A stretch of 64,000 bases of DNA. Source: Fimicolochytrium jonesii (Eukaryota). The position numbers were made by a program, and so were the translations under genes. The notes under the pieces were generated by a model. That model worked only from the letters and a program-made list of their open reading frames with translations. It was not told the DNA's origin and made no database searches. The stretch is taken from NCBI RefSeq assembly GCF_025526975.1, contig NW_026515672.1:558001-622000 (forward strand). The letters are read 5' to 3'. Every line of letters starts with the position of its first letter. Position 1 is the stretch's first letter. Below, piece after piece: positions 51,552 to 64,000 of the stretch.

Positions 51552-52414
51552 ATGAGCGGAGCTGCCCAGTACAAGCAGGACATGCCGCCTCCGGGCGGTT
51601 TCCCCGAAACGATTCAGTACAAGCGCTACCTCCCACGTCGCGGTCCTTCCGGCGTGGTGATGTTCATTGCAACCTTCGGAATCATGGGCTACGGATGGTA
51701 TTGGGTCGCTCAGGCGAACGCTGAAAGGAGGTGCGTATGCGAGGACTCAGGGGACTGAGGTGGGGAGGCTTGGACGGTTAGACGGAAGAGTGCCAATGTT
51801 TGTTGACAAGAAACGCTCGTGAACGAGAAGTGAGCGTCGATTCCGTCAGCTACAGCAGTGCCCTGAGAATTGTGGAAGCCCACTATGATATCGCCGTCAC
51901 AGCTTGAAATGGCATCAAACTCACAATGATGTTCCCCTTCATATTTTGACTTCAATCAGAGAACTTCGCCGCGAGAAGGCATGGAACCGCATCGCCCTCG
52001 TCCCGCTTCTTCAAGCCGAAACAGACCGAGACTTGGTACGAAGGCTGGAGGCTGCCAAGGACCGCGAAGGAAAGATGATGGAGAACGTGAAGGGTGGATG
52101 GTCGGCTCTCGATCTCAAGACAGAGACTCCCGGCGTCGGCAAATCCGGTGCTCGCGACTATACCCAATCAGAACCTGTATACCACACCGAGCGTCATGTC
52201 AATCCCACATTTTTGTTCCTGCCGTGGTCATCAGACGCGAGGATCGATTCGCAATGGTGGAGGGGAAGCAAGATGTTCTTGAAGGTGTGTGAGCTCATTT
52301 GGTTCACCTAGCGCGATATGGCGAGAAGCTAACCCCGATTTCTTCCGTCTCAAGAACCCTGCCTACCACGACCGTCCCGACTTCACCAAAGAGCACCCGA
52401 TAGGAGGTCAATAG
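51552..52414 (+). CDS. NDUFA13: NADH dehydrogenase accessory subunit NDUFA13/GRIM-19 (3 exons)
   Basis: QDMPPPGGF...YKRYLPRRGPSG, TM helix, RRELRREKAWNRIALVPLLQAETDRD. Confidence 0.9.
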
Positions 52415-52700
52415 AACAGGCGCTATTTGTAAATGACTTCAAACGAACAAATCTTGACGAGAACAACGGACGATTGGAAAATGCATTTTATTATCCTCTA
52501 GCTGGATACAATGCCTTCTTACGGGGCTGGGCAGCGAAGGGAAGGATGAGGGGGGACCAGGTGGAGCGAGCGTACTGGAATGGATCAGCAGCACGTCGTC
52601 ACTACATTACACAAAATGAGGTTTATCTAAAAGCTTGTGCTACTTTTGGCTACGAGGAAATTGAAATGGGACGACAAGGAATGGGGAAGGGCTGGGAGAC

Positions 52701-55700
52701 TCAGATATCGTCAAACATGTTCTTCGGTTGTGTCCGCCCGCCAGCCTTCGAGGTTGACGAAGGATGTGGTTTCGGCGCTGCAGGTGCATCGGATGAAGCG
52801 TCCTTCCCTGCTGCACTCAAACTGTTCGAGAACCAACCGCCAGTCTCCTGTTTCGGGGCGATGCCAAATTGCCTTCCTGTCCGCGAGCTTGCCGCAGGCT
52901 CCGAAATGTCATTCAGACTTGTCATGCTCCCAGACTCTACATCACTCTGATCCAGCCTTTGAAACTTTCCAGCGTCAGCCCCGCCCGATTTCTTCCCGCT
53001 GAAGTATCCTGTCGCAGCTTGTTTCCATCCACTAGCCCAACCTCCACCGGGCTTGTTACTCGATATGGAAGCGGTGGAGCCCGCGACCGGGCCGCCTTTC
53101 GATGGAAGTGAGCCAGCTTCCTCCGGTCCTCCAGCACCTAGTTTGCGGTTACCGGTCTTGTATTTTTCAAGAAGCTCCTTAGCATTTTTAGCACGTCCGC
53201 CTGTGGTGCTGCGAGTCGTCCGATGATTCGTTCTCTCTATGGACGAAAGCGCTGGACCGTCGTTGTTCGCAAAGTTGCCTTCGGAGCCGTACAAGCCCCC
53301 TCGTTTTCGTTCATCAACGGACCGTGCTGCAAGGCGGGGAACGTCAAACATCTGATTTTCTCTGCCAGCCTAAAACAAATGACCACCATACCTTGATCGA
53401 TGATCTGCCTGCCTTCATCAAGATCTGAATCCGCCAAAGCCATGGCTTCATGATACGAGTAGTACTTCACTTTGAAGAGGCGCAGCAGACGTCCATGCAG
53501 GTTGAAGAAGGTGATGAAGGCAAATACCAATACGATTTCTGGTAGCCATTTGTTGTAACTGTCGCCCAGAAGCGGAGTCAGACTCGCGGCCTTTCCTTGA
53601 TACTGTTGAGCCGGTGGTGAGCCTGATAAATTCTATGCAGTCACACAGATACGATTCTACCTCAATGAAGGCGGTTTCAAAATCATTAGAGTTGTCCTTG
53701 GCGATATTGATGAAGTTATAGCACAATGGGAACGTGAGCTTGCTGAAATGCGGAGGAGAACGAAGTTGTCCAATACTCGTTCTGAAGCATCAAACACTGC
53801 TCAATTCACCATAACGTACCAGAGGTAGCCACCGACAAACATCAGACTTCCTTCGTCCGTGTGGTGTTCCGCCACCAGATAGTAATCCATAAACTTGATC
53901 TTGAACAATGTCGTATATGCACACACGCACATGTACAAAATAAACCCTATTGCAACCAGCTGCACCCGGAGGATTAGCATACGTGATTTCCGGGAAACAA
54001 GCAGTGACCGCCAGGATAGCAATTACGACGCTCAACTGACCTCAGTGGCAAAGTATCCCACGTAAGGAGACTTCAGGATTGCTGCGGGGACTGAGAGTGT
54101 GGGACTCTCGACCTGGAAAGTCGACTCGGACCATATCACCGCCAGCGATGCGAACACCGCGATGAAACTCAAGAGTCGGAACATGTTGGGTCGGAGCCAG
54201 ACATACCAGTACCAGTCTGCCGTGAAGAGCTATTAGTCTGCGAATGCTTTTGCCCGACCAATGTATAACTCACATGCTCTCAGCTTGATATCAGCGAACT
54301 GATCAGGCTTCACATTGACCCGAGAGGAAATGAACTTCCTATGATCGCGGGTAGGTACCAAATCAGTTGCTATCTTGCTCAAAGCCGTTTCCAACAACCT
54401 CATACCTCTCCTTATTCCGATAGTTCTCGATTATATCTTGGTACAAGAATGCCTTCTGGCAGAGGAAGCGATACTGTGCTTGAGAACGATCATGCAATTT
54501 GGCTGCTCGCTTGATTCTTGCATGGAGGTCAACGAGGTAAGCTTCAGTCACTTCGGCCGGAATCTCATCTGCGTCAAGGTTTCGATCCAGATTGCGTTCC
54601 TCCAACGCTAGAGGACACTATCGAAGGCGCGGAGAGCCAGATTAGCTATCTAAAAATTCGAAGTGGTGTGAAGAGGCGCCCACCAACCTTTTGAATCAGC
54701 TTGTCGACAAAGTATCGCAGCTCGCTGTCCAGCGGGGTCTCCTTGGACGCGATGGCTATCCGCTACAAAGCAGAATCAGCGCAAACTGCAGGCCACAAGA
54801 CACTCGACTCTTCAGCCATACCAACCCTCGCGATGTCAAAGATCTCCGCCTCAGAATCCAACGCCGCCTCCTTCGCTCCCGGAATGATGTATTCCATATA
54901 TCGGAGCGACCACGTCGTGTTTGCACTGTACCAAAGCGTCCGCGGTACTTCCACGAGGCCGTACCCCATCATGACCGTAATTAGCAGCAGACCCCACGCG
55001 TTGGCGGCGGCCATGCCCATGACCAAAAGAATGTCTCTGTATCGAGCGTCGTCAGCGCTTCATCCCACATTGTGGCAACTGATAGATCTCCCACTCACTG
55101 GCTGATCTTCGCCACGACTAAGATGTAAATCAATGACACAAGACCCACTCCTCCGAGAATGCTCCAGTAGATAAGATTATCCTTCAAGGCCGCCCACAGT
55201 CGTCGTCGGAATTTGAAATCCCCTGCTCGAACCCACGACTGTAGTATTGGTATAGTAAACCTGCATCGCAAAGCGGGGACAATGAGATAAGTTCCTCGCT
55301 GAACAGAAGCCCACCACTCACGATGCTCACCATGTCAAACAGAACATAGTCCAGTAGACCGTCTTCCAATACGTAAACAAGAATTGCCGGTCCACATATG
55401 CAAAGGGCTCATCACATATGATGCCGGCAGGCAGTTCAGCCCCGCTTAGACATTTTGCTCGATAATCCGTCTATGCCAAGTTGGAAGAAAGTAAGCAAAC
55501 TGCTTCGACATTCGTTTCACGGCAGATTCACATGACATATACCGAAGCCAAGTCCAGTGGTAGGATCAGTGGTAAGGAGAACGGAAACACCCAGGCAATG
55601 AAAGCGACGACAACTGTATACCATGGTAGCTTTCTGATATCCCCGAACGAATAGAGGAGGTACGCTACCAAGCAAGCTAGTGCTGCTAGAATGATGGCTA

Positions 55701-55713
55701 CTACGGCGTACAT
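52701..55713 (-). CDS. LMBR1-family membrane protein, LMBRD2-like (multi-exon)
   Basis: ILPLDLAS, AAANAWGLLLITVMMGYGLVEVPR, YLVAEHHTDEGSLMF, PLCYNF; Gly/Ser-rich cytosolic tail ending KNMFDDI. Confidence 0.85.
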
Positions 55714-56714
55714 GTTGGAAGTTGCGCCGTCGTTTGGTGTCCACGATTGGAGACTTTATTAAAAAATCCTCGTCGCTAAACCTTCGATATCTCGATGGGT
55801 TTTAGCTTTCACTATATTTTGACCCTCGGCTTGATTCATGTCTGGGACTTGGGGCCGAATATGACAGTTCGAGGGACGCGCTGTCGAATTCCTAAAGCGC
55901 AACTTCGACATGGACATCTCGGCAATGGAGATGCATTGATCTGCTACTCTAAACCGCTCATCAGGCCTCCAAGGGCTCATCACATACCCAGGATAGTTTC
56001 GATTCTGTGCGCAACCTTAACTGGACCACCCCAGTGAGTCGTGACCCCACAGAACTATCCGACTGTCCGTCAACATTCTTGGCCACAACTTCGCGTCGTA
56101 ATGCATGCTGGGTGCACAAATCTGGACGCGGTGCGAAGTTGCAGCACCACAGTGCCACCACTGAGCGTCTCTTAGGGGTCACGATGGCCTTCGCAACCAC
56201 CCGTGATGGTTTTTTGGGACCGATCTTGACCAGCTGACCTCAACATGTGAAAGGCGGGGAAATGCTGGCAGCCTGGCACCAACCCTCAAATAAACTGTTG
56301 AAACTTTTCATTGGAGGACATTTGTTCTCGTTCGGAAAAGGTATTCCGCACCACTTGAAGTAATACATGGATGTGACCATAGGACGTACTACCTTTGCAC
56401 ACGTCTCTGCAAAATATCTTCCCACCGTGCTGCGTCATCGCTTACATTCACCACAGGTCCCGGATCAGATATCGGTACGCAGTGAAGGAGATTTTTGGTG
56501 AGCGTCCGCCGATCGTATTGAGGAAGGACACCGCACACAGTGGACGCAATGCGCGTCTTGAAAATCCACGGCTCAGGAAGGATGTGCAGCTCGATCAAGC
56601 TCAGAGAGTATCTTGCGCTTGCTGGAGGAATAAACGCAATGTCGATTGCACTGTGCCTGCTTGATGCGAGCGCTCGAGGGACGCAGATGAATGAGGAGAG
56701 GCGTTGAAAAGGAC

Positions 56715-56721
56715 TATAAAA
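56715..56721 (+). promoter_or_regulatory. TATA box upstream of the GH16 gene
   Basis: TATAAAA about 80 nt before the ATG at 56796, followed by a pyrimidine-rich leader. Confidence 0.5.
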
Positions 56722-56795
56722 GGCGCCACCATCCTCGGTGCTCCCTTCCGTTTACTTCCAATCCTCTCCATCCATCTCGACCAAGCGCAACAATC

Positions 56796-58332
56796 ATGTC
56801 GTCTCGCACCTTGCTTGCCGGCCTAATCGGCAGCCTTGCCATTTCTGTTCACGCCGCACCGACTGCAGCTGCTGCCGATCCATGTCCCGCTGGGTATCTT
56901 GCTTGTCAAGGAACCGGCCCGGTTCCTGCATGTTACGATCCCGCAATTTGTAAGTGCCCTGCCATGGTGATGTTCCGGGGTTGGCCTCCCACGCCTCTGA
57001 TGCCGCTTACCGACATGTCTGATTTGCACAGATCACTGCGTGAATGGAGTGTTGATGCAAGGACCTGAGCATGCCTCAACGGTAAGTACTAAGACTTCCA
57101 ACAAAACCAAAAAGCCAAAAAAAACCAAACCAAAAACCAAAAAGGTTTCGAGCAAGACCTCCACCAAGACCACCACACTGCCTACGCCTACGACCTCGTC
57201 CAAACCCCCTACGGCCACCGCTCCCCCAACATCGCCTACGCAGACCGCGAACCCCGCGGTCTGCCCGACTTCGTCGAACGGACAGTACACATTCTGTGCT
57301 CAGCCCGCATTCACCGATGAGTTCGACACATTCGACCTGTCCAAGTGGAAGCACGAAATTACGATGTCGGGTGGCGGCAATTGGGAGTTTGAATGGTACA
57401 CCAACAACCGTACAAACTCGTTCGTGAAAGACGGCCTGCTCTACCTCAAGCCCACCCTCACCTCGGATAACATCGGTGAGGATGCGGTCTCCGGCAAGAC
57501 TCCGTTCACCATGGACATCAATGGTGCCGAGAACGGTGTTCACTGCACTGATCCAAGCTTCTACGGCTGTTCGCGCGGAAGCGATGCGGGTGCTGGCCAC
57601 ATCATCAACCCCATCCAATCAGCTCGTATTTCCACCTTCAACTCGTTCTCGATGCGCTACGGCCGTGTCGAGGTCAAGGCCCAAATCCCGTCCGGTGATT
57701 GGATCTGGCCCGCGATCTGGATGATGCCCAAGTACGCAAGCTACGGCAACTGGCCTTCCTCCGGTGAGATCGATATCATGGAGAGCCGAGGGAACAAGCC
57801 CGATGCAGCCTACCCAGGCCAAGGAACCGAGACTTTCGGAAGCACCCTTCACTGGGGACCGTCCTACCAGTACAACGGCTGGGCCCAGACACACAAAGAC
57901 CGTTCTCTGCCCAGCGGTCAAAGCTTTGCCGATGGTCTCCACGTTTATGGTCTTGAATGGACCCCCGAGTACATCAAGACGTACGTCGATACCCCGGACA
58001 ATGTCGTCCTCAACGTTCCGTTCAGCGCTGATGGGTCCTTCTGGAACAAGGGTGTCACGAAGGCTGGCTTCCCTGCTACATTCAACAACCCTTGGCAGGC
58101 TCCCTCGTGCCCTGCCGCGGCCCCTTTTGACCAGGAGTTCTATATTATCCTGAACGTTGCCGTTGGCGGCACCAATGACTTCTTTGCCGAACGCCCCAAC
58201 AAGCCGTGGAAGGCCGGATCTTCCACCGCGGCGGCAGACTTCTGGAAAAACCGTGCTCAGTGGCTTCCTACTTGGAAGGGTGACAATGTTGCCATGAAAG
58301 TGGACTCCGTGAAGGCTTGGAAGTTGTGCTAG
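56796..58332 (+). CDS. Secreted GH16 beta-1,3-glucanase with N-terminal Cys-rich (CBM52-like) module
   Basis: Signal peptide; CPAGYLAC...CYDPAIYHCVNG after splicing; GGGNWEF; GDWIWPAIWMMP; catalytic GEIDIME; APFDQEFY. Confidence 0.92.
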
Positions 58333-58667
58333 AGGTATCCTTCTGTTATATAGTTTAGAATTACCCCGCTCTCATTTTCAATCTTCATTTGTCCGTACCG
58401 GAAAGTCTCCATTTGTAATCACTGTATATTTGATGTACAAATCTACCGTTTCCGATTCCACTGCGCTACTGCACCGGACGTTCCGTGAGCAATCGCTGCT
58501 GGTTCAGCCAAAAAAAAAAAACGATGTTGGTCGTTAACGGTAGGTCCTGTCAAGTGGGTTTATGTAATTCGAAATCGACAGCGCGACATGGAAGGCGGGA
58601 TTTGATACTTAATTTCAGAGTTCCAACCAATGCAGCTTCATGAATTCACACCGAAGCAGAGTCCAGA

Positions 58668-61600
58668 ATGAACATTCAAACCACCGCCGAGTATTACAGA
58701 CGCTCCACGCAAAGTGCAACAGGGAGGCCATCTCTGCCGGCTCAGACTCAATCCATCACAACCTCTCCGGCCAAACGAGAGCGACCACATGTCTTCAGAG
58801 TACCCAAGTCCGCATGGCAAGCGAGCCCTAAGGGCTCTTCTTCGGGATGGACTCCGGGAAGGTCAAGAATGGACTTGAACCTGGAAGACAGACCGCCCGA
58901 GGCAGACCCAAAGGTAGTCTGGACCACCAAGTACCAGTCAGAGTCCGATATCATGGCCTCAAGGTTGGAACGGCAGCTACCCAAAACAAGGTGGGTATGG
59001 ATGAAACTATCTCCGGGTGCGGTGTGCGCAACGTCTCATGCTTAGGTTTACTATATCAGCACGCTGATGAAACAGCTCAAGTCGCACGCTATGTCTGTCC
59101 GGACAGATATCCTGCCAATTTTTGACCGTTTGGCAACTAGCGTTGGTAGGTACGGTCGCTAGTGTGGTCCTAAATCGCTGGGGAGAGGCCATGAGTGCTA
59201 AACCGATCTCCGTTCCAGCCCACATGGGCGTTCAGATGGACATGCGTGACGCCGGCTACTTTCTCTCTCGTTACTTTCATGACTACGAACTGTGCATGGA
59301 ACAGTTTCTGAGACATGTATGTTGGAAGCGAAGCCAAAACCGTGCGCGCGTCGCATACTTCTCGGACTGAAGCTCAATAACGATAGTGGTTCCCCAATAG
59401 CTTTAGGACGCCACTGTTTCCTACTGCTGCGACGGAAGAAGACTTTGATGCATCTGATCTTGTTCGCATGTGTCACGCTGTCATACGGTGGAACAAGATG
59501 CACCTGCTCTATGTGGTAAGTCCAACAATCTCATTCGCTTCCGGTGGGTAACTAACCGCTTTACACGCGTAGGATTGCCTATACGATAGAGAGTTGGCTG
59601 TGCTGAACTTCTTAAAGCAATTCGAGAGCCTGGAAGAGGAGAATGTCATTCTGAAAGACATTCTGTCGCGACGGCCGGGAGAACAGTGTGAGGTTGTAAT
59701 TCGAAGAGTAGCGCCTCTTGTGACTGATGAGGATAGACCTCCAGTAAGTTCATAACGAAAGCGCTACCAGAGGCTGTGAGTGACGCTCCCCTTCGAAAGC
59801 GAGCAGAGCGGGGAACGATGACAGACGATGTGGTCTCAGATCCCGAGGCGAATCAGGCTATCGAGATCTTAAACCAAGCCGTCTCCGCACCAACGACAGC
59901 GTTCAAACCCGCCGACGTAGGGATGTTCGCATCCGTCCTGGCAGAAGTGAAGGCGTACCGACGTAGACCTCGGGCGAGAATCCCTGACAAACGGGATGCA
60001 TCGTCTCAGACGATGGAAGTCGCTGCGACCGATTCGTCCTCGGGGATGGATAATGGTGATCTCTTCGGCATGAGAGCCGGATTCGAGTTGGTGGATGAAG
60101 ACGCGGCTCCGGTGGAAGGGAAAAGTAATTTTCCGATAATCGTCGAGAAGGCGGAGGCAGAGGTGCAAGCTTCGATTGAGACGGCGTCGACGGAGGTGCA
60201 GGTCTCAATTTCGGGCCCGGCCGAACTCGAGTTGCAAGAATGCAAGAAGCAAGTGGCTCGGTTGGAGGCAAAGGTGGGGGTGGTACAGCTCTAATACTGT
60301 CTCGAAAAGCCGCTGACGATTCCATGCGTGATGTGGGCAGATGAGGGAATCAATCCAAAACTCGGACGAACTGCTGCACTCGGTCAGAAAGCAGAGCGAA
60401 GCGCAGATTGCTGCACTGGTGGAGCAGTTCGAGGTGAGCTTCTATTGCGAGCCTGATGCTTCCAATGGGTTCATGGGCTTATGATTGTTCTCCGATTTCA
60501 GACCGAGCAGAAACGGTTCTTGCGCGATCGGGAGGAGTTGGTCGGCTGGGTCGAGCAAGCTGAGCGAACGAAAGCAGATGCGGTGGCTTCTTCTGAGATA
60601 CAGCAAAGAAAGCTGACAGAGGTTGTCAAAGTAGTAGAAGCTCTGCGAGACGAAAGTAAGGGTATCAGAACACACGTGTACAACCCACGAGATGCGACCT
60701 AAACTCGCTCATGCCGTCCGTTTCAGATGAATTTCTCTCAAAATCAAAGGCTGAGCTTGAAAGTGAGGCAAGGGAAACTGCAACGTTGCTGAACGAAACG
60801 CAGCTCCAACTGCGAACTGCAACCAACGAATTCAACGACTGTCAACACGAACTGACAGAGCTAAAATCAACCCTCAAAACGACTCGCGAGGATCTCATGT
60901 CCACCATCGACGAAATGGCGTCCGTGGAGCGGGATCGACAGAAATGGGAAAGTCAAGCGCACCAGCTCGCGGAGGCTGAACGCACAACAACCGAGAAACT
61001 GCAAAGGGAACAACAAGATCTCGCCTTGTCGCGAGATGATACCCAACGACTTGTTGACGCCAATATGCAGATGGAGCGGATGCTGCAAGTCGCTGATGCC
61101 AAAAGCAAAGAGCTCACCGCGTGTATACACGCGCTGATGAAGTTTCCGGACGTTAGCTTGGGGCACGAGATTGCAGACTCCGGTAGGACATCTTTCGTGA
61201 GGGGAAGGATATCAATGCATACCTGAGCCATTTCTCTGATAGATTTGGACGCGGGCGCTGTCGACGGCGACCGGATGCTCAAAGACATGATCACCGGGAA
61301 CAGCGTAAGGATATCCATTCTGGAGCAGAAAAATAACGACCTTCGCATGGCACGGTTGAATTTTGGTAGGTTTGTCAAGGAAACAAACAATCCCGACCTC
61401 AATCGCGCCGACACGAAATGACCTTGATTCGTTCCCAGCATCCCGTGCCGCATCTCCCAATGGACCAATCACAAAAACCAACCTCGTCGATGGTCCAGCG
61501 GTTCAAAAAGCCAAGCACTCCCTATCGATGCAACACCTCGAACAACAAGCCGGCATCAGGCCTACGCGCCAAATGATAAATACACGCGCATCCAGCCAGT

Positions 61601-61851
61601 CTCTCCATACGAATGTCATCACGGTCCCACGACCGAGATCCGGACGACCTCCAGCGGTCCAATCAGCATGGGGCGGAAGCGGCAATGTCGGAGGGCGGGC
61701 ATCTCCCATGAGTTCCACAAAGTTCCCGCCGGAGGATTGGATGACGAATACACCGGTGCAAGGCGTGGGGCTTCAGCAGCGGTCTGTGAAGTCGACGAGA
61801 GGCGGGAGTTCTACGAGAGGCAGATGGTCCGCTGCCATGACGTTACATTGA
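58668..61851 (+). CDS. Coiled-coil protein, CCDC157-like (multi-exon; start uncertain)
   Basis: N-terminal exons read FRTPLFPTAATEEDFDASDLV...HLLYVDCLYDRELAVL; long heptad region; ALMKFPD...DMITGNSVRISILEQKNNDLR resembles the recalled CCDC157 C-terminal motif. Confidence 0.55.
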
Positions 61852-62070
61852 GTGGCGGTCCATACCAGGGACTTTACATTTTATCTTGTCGGGCTTAGGA
61901 GTGTGCCGTTTGCTTTAGAGTGTGGTGGGGCATACACGTTCTGTTACTTTTGTTGGGAATTATGGAACCTGGCGTGTGGGAGCATTCGATGCGGCTGGGC
62001 TGTTTGAACTTTGCACCTCGACGACGCCAATTCCATCATCACACATTCAAACTCCCAACTTTCTATAACA

Positions 62071-63683
62071 ATGTCCTTGGCCCACCAACTCTTCAAACAC
62101 CCCGCCCCCGCCCCCGCCCACCGCCCCGGCCGCCCCACCACCACCATCGCACCAACCTGGTCTCAATTCTTCACCAGCTCGCGCGACATTCCCGTCCCCG
62201 CCTCACAGGGCACCTTCCGCGTCTTCGAGGTCCCACCATCCTCAGCGTCATCACCGACATCCTCGAAAGCCCCGCTGTTTGTTCTGCATCATGGCGCGGG
62301 ACATACAGCGCTGTCGTGGGCTTTGGCGGTTGGGAAGTTGAGGGAACGCGTGGGGAATGTGGGCGTGGTGGGGTTTGATTGCCGGGGGCATGGTTGGTAG
62401 GGCGTGTGTGACGGGCTTTCAGTATCAGAGGGGGGGGGTATGATCATGGCGGAGGATTGACGGCGGCTGATTTCCGATGATAGGTGTTACGACAACACAA
62501 GATGACACGGACCTCTCCTTAGACACGCTTGCGGCCGACTTGGTCAACCTGCTTGATGTCCTGTATCCGGATGCGATTCCGGAGGTCATACTTGTGGGGC
62601 ATAGGTGCGTTTGCCCGTGTATGTCCGGTAGCGGATGACGGTGCTGAGCGGTTGTCGAATGATAGCATGGGCGGTGCAGTCGTCACGGAAGCGGCGTTGA
62701 CGGGCAAAGTGCGGAATCTGCTGGCGGTCGCTGTGCTTGATGTCGTTGAAGGTGAGCGTGCGTGTCTCCCCATTGCAACCGCCCAAAGCATTAAACCTCG
62801 CACTTTTCTTGCTTCTGCAGGCACGGCGGTGGACTCACTGGCACACATGGAAATCTATCTCCGCAACCGGCCATCCCACTTCCGCTCAATAGACCAGGCC
62901 GTGGAATGGAGGTATCTCTTAACTCATGCTTTTCTCTCCTCCATTGTATTTGACTGACATTCGATCGCCTGGGACGCTTTTCTTCCCCAGCGTCACAATA
63001 GGCGGCCTGCGCAATCTATCATCGGCACTCATCTCCGTCCCGCCGCAGCTTGTTGAGGTGCCGGGGGACGGCGATACTGAGGGAGCGAAGAAATGGGTGT
63101 GGAGGACGGATTTGGGTCGGTCGCAGAAGCATTGGCATGGTGAGTGCCGTTGATCTGGGTGTCCGCCTAGGTTGTCCCATGCATGAGGGCAGAACGACGA
63201 AGTGAACAACTCAAATGTTTCGGCAGGCTGGTTCCAAGGCCTCTCTGCAAATTTTTTGTCTATCAAGGCGGCAAGGATGTTGATACTTGCAGGTAAATAA
63301 AGGCAGTTTGTCAACCCCCGCGGGTGTTCACTCGGAGCAACAGATTTCAGAAAATGAGTTATGATTTGACTTCTTGTTCTGATTGATTTAGGAACGGATC
63401 GGCTGGACACAGCACTGACGATTGGGCAGATGCAGGGCAAGTTCCAGCTGGTGCTTTATCCAGAGTCTGGGCATGCCATTCAGGTATGTGAAAGGAGCAG
63501 CCAAACGCTTCCCCACTATTAAGCGTACTTGGAGTTCAATCAATTCATTTGGTCTTATGCCATCTACAGGAAGACGAGCCGGATAAGCTAGCCACGACGC
63601 TTGCAGACTTGTGGCAGCGCAACGGGCCGGGAAAGATCATCAAGCGATTCCCGATCCCGCCGCTGAAGCCCGGGACAAAGTGA
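62071..63683 (+). CDS. PPE1: Protein phosphatase methylesterase 1 (PME-1)
   Basis: [17 protein letters not shown], spliced [20 protein letters not shown]...[11 protein letters not shown] and GHAIQED. Confidence 0.93.
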
Positions 63684-63770
63684 TGTTGTCGTCGTAAAAG
63701 GTTCTGACTCTGCTAAGACGTATGTAGCAAACCTTCCGTAGGATTTATTTGTACAATAATCCGATATCAC

Positions 63771-64000
63771 TCATGGTGACGGCGGTACGTTGGGCAGAAC
63801 ATTAGGCGGGGATGTCCCGTCCGATGCCCCATCCTTCTCTGCCTCCTCATTCGTCGCACGAAGATGTCCTCGCACCTCCTCCTCTTCGGCGATCCTTTCC
63901 CGGGGCTCACGTAACGTCTTCCCACCATTATTGTTGTTCCCCGAAGAACCCCCAGTCTCCTGTTGCGCCCTCCACATGCCGGCGTACACACCATCGGGGA
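63771..64000 (-). CDS. Probable 3' end of a gene entering from the right
   Basis: Open frame ...YAGMWRAQQETGG...PPSP-stop, convergent with PME-1; no diagnostic motif. Confidence 0.35.
   Translation of the reverse strand, partial: PDGVYAGMWRAQQETGGSSGNNNNGGKTLREPRERIAEEEEVRGHLRATNEEAEKDGASDGTSPPNVLPNVPPSP

Noticed and set aside
55760..56690. Short ORFs between LMBRD2 and GH16
   Set aside because: No supportable gene model; probably a divergent promoter region.

Overview
Gene-dense, intron-rich eukaryotic DNA with short GT-AG introns. It is most likely from a zoosporic (chytrid-type) fungus: fungal housekeeping genes sit beside the flagellar gene IFT122. About 22 protein genes can be modelled by hand: Sec1, a gamma-butyrobetaine dioxygenase-like enzyme, an aquaporin, IFT122, an MCFD2-like EF-hand protein, an ADP1-type ABCG transporter, CCT4, a UBA-NPF protein, a Gi-like G-alpha, GlyRS, DUF599, a Kic1-like STE20 kinase, ECT1, NAC-alpha, NDUFA13, LMBRD2, a GH16 glucanase, a CCDC157-like protein, PME-1 and several unknowns. 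There is also a tRNA-Leu(TAG). The most interesting items are invisible or fragmented in the ORF track: (1) a spliced 74-aa Cys-containing membrane microprotein resembling plant TAXIMIN peptides; (2) a ~240-nt H/ACA snoRNA in a GlyRS intron whose guide pocket matches LSU rRNA helix 69 (SNORA53/snR84-like); (3) a five-exon stand-alone HDAC6-type ZnF-UBP protein lying tail-to-tail with a UBA-NPF gene; (4) a broken PHD-finger plus TET/JBP-like dioxygenase remnant. Family assignments come from recalled motifs, not database searches, and exon boundaries were read by eye.
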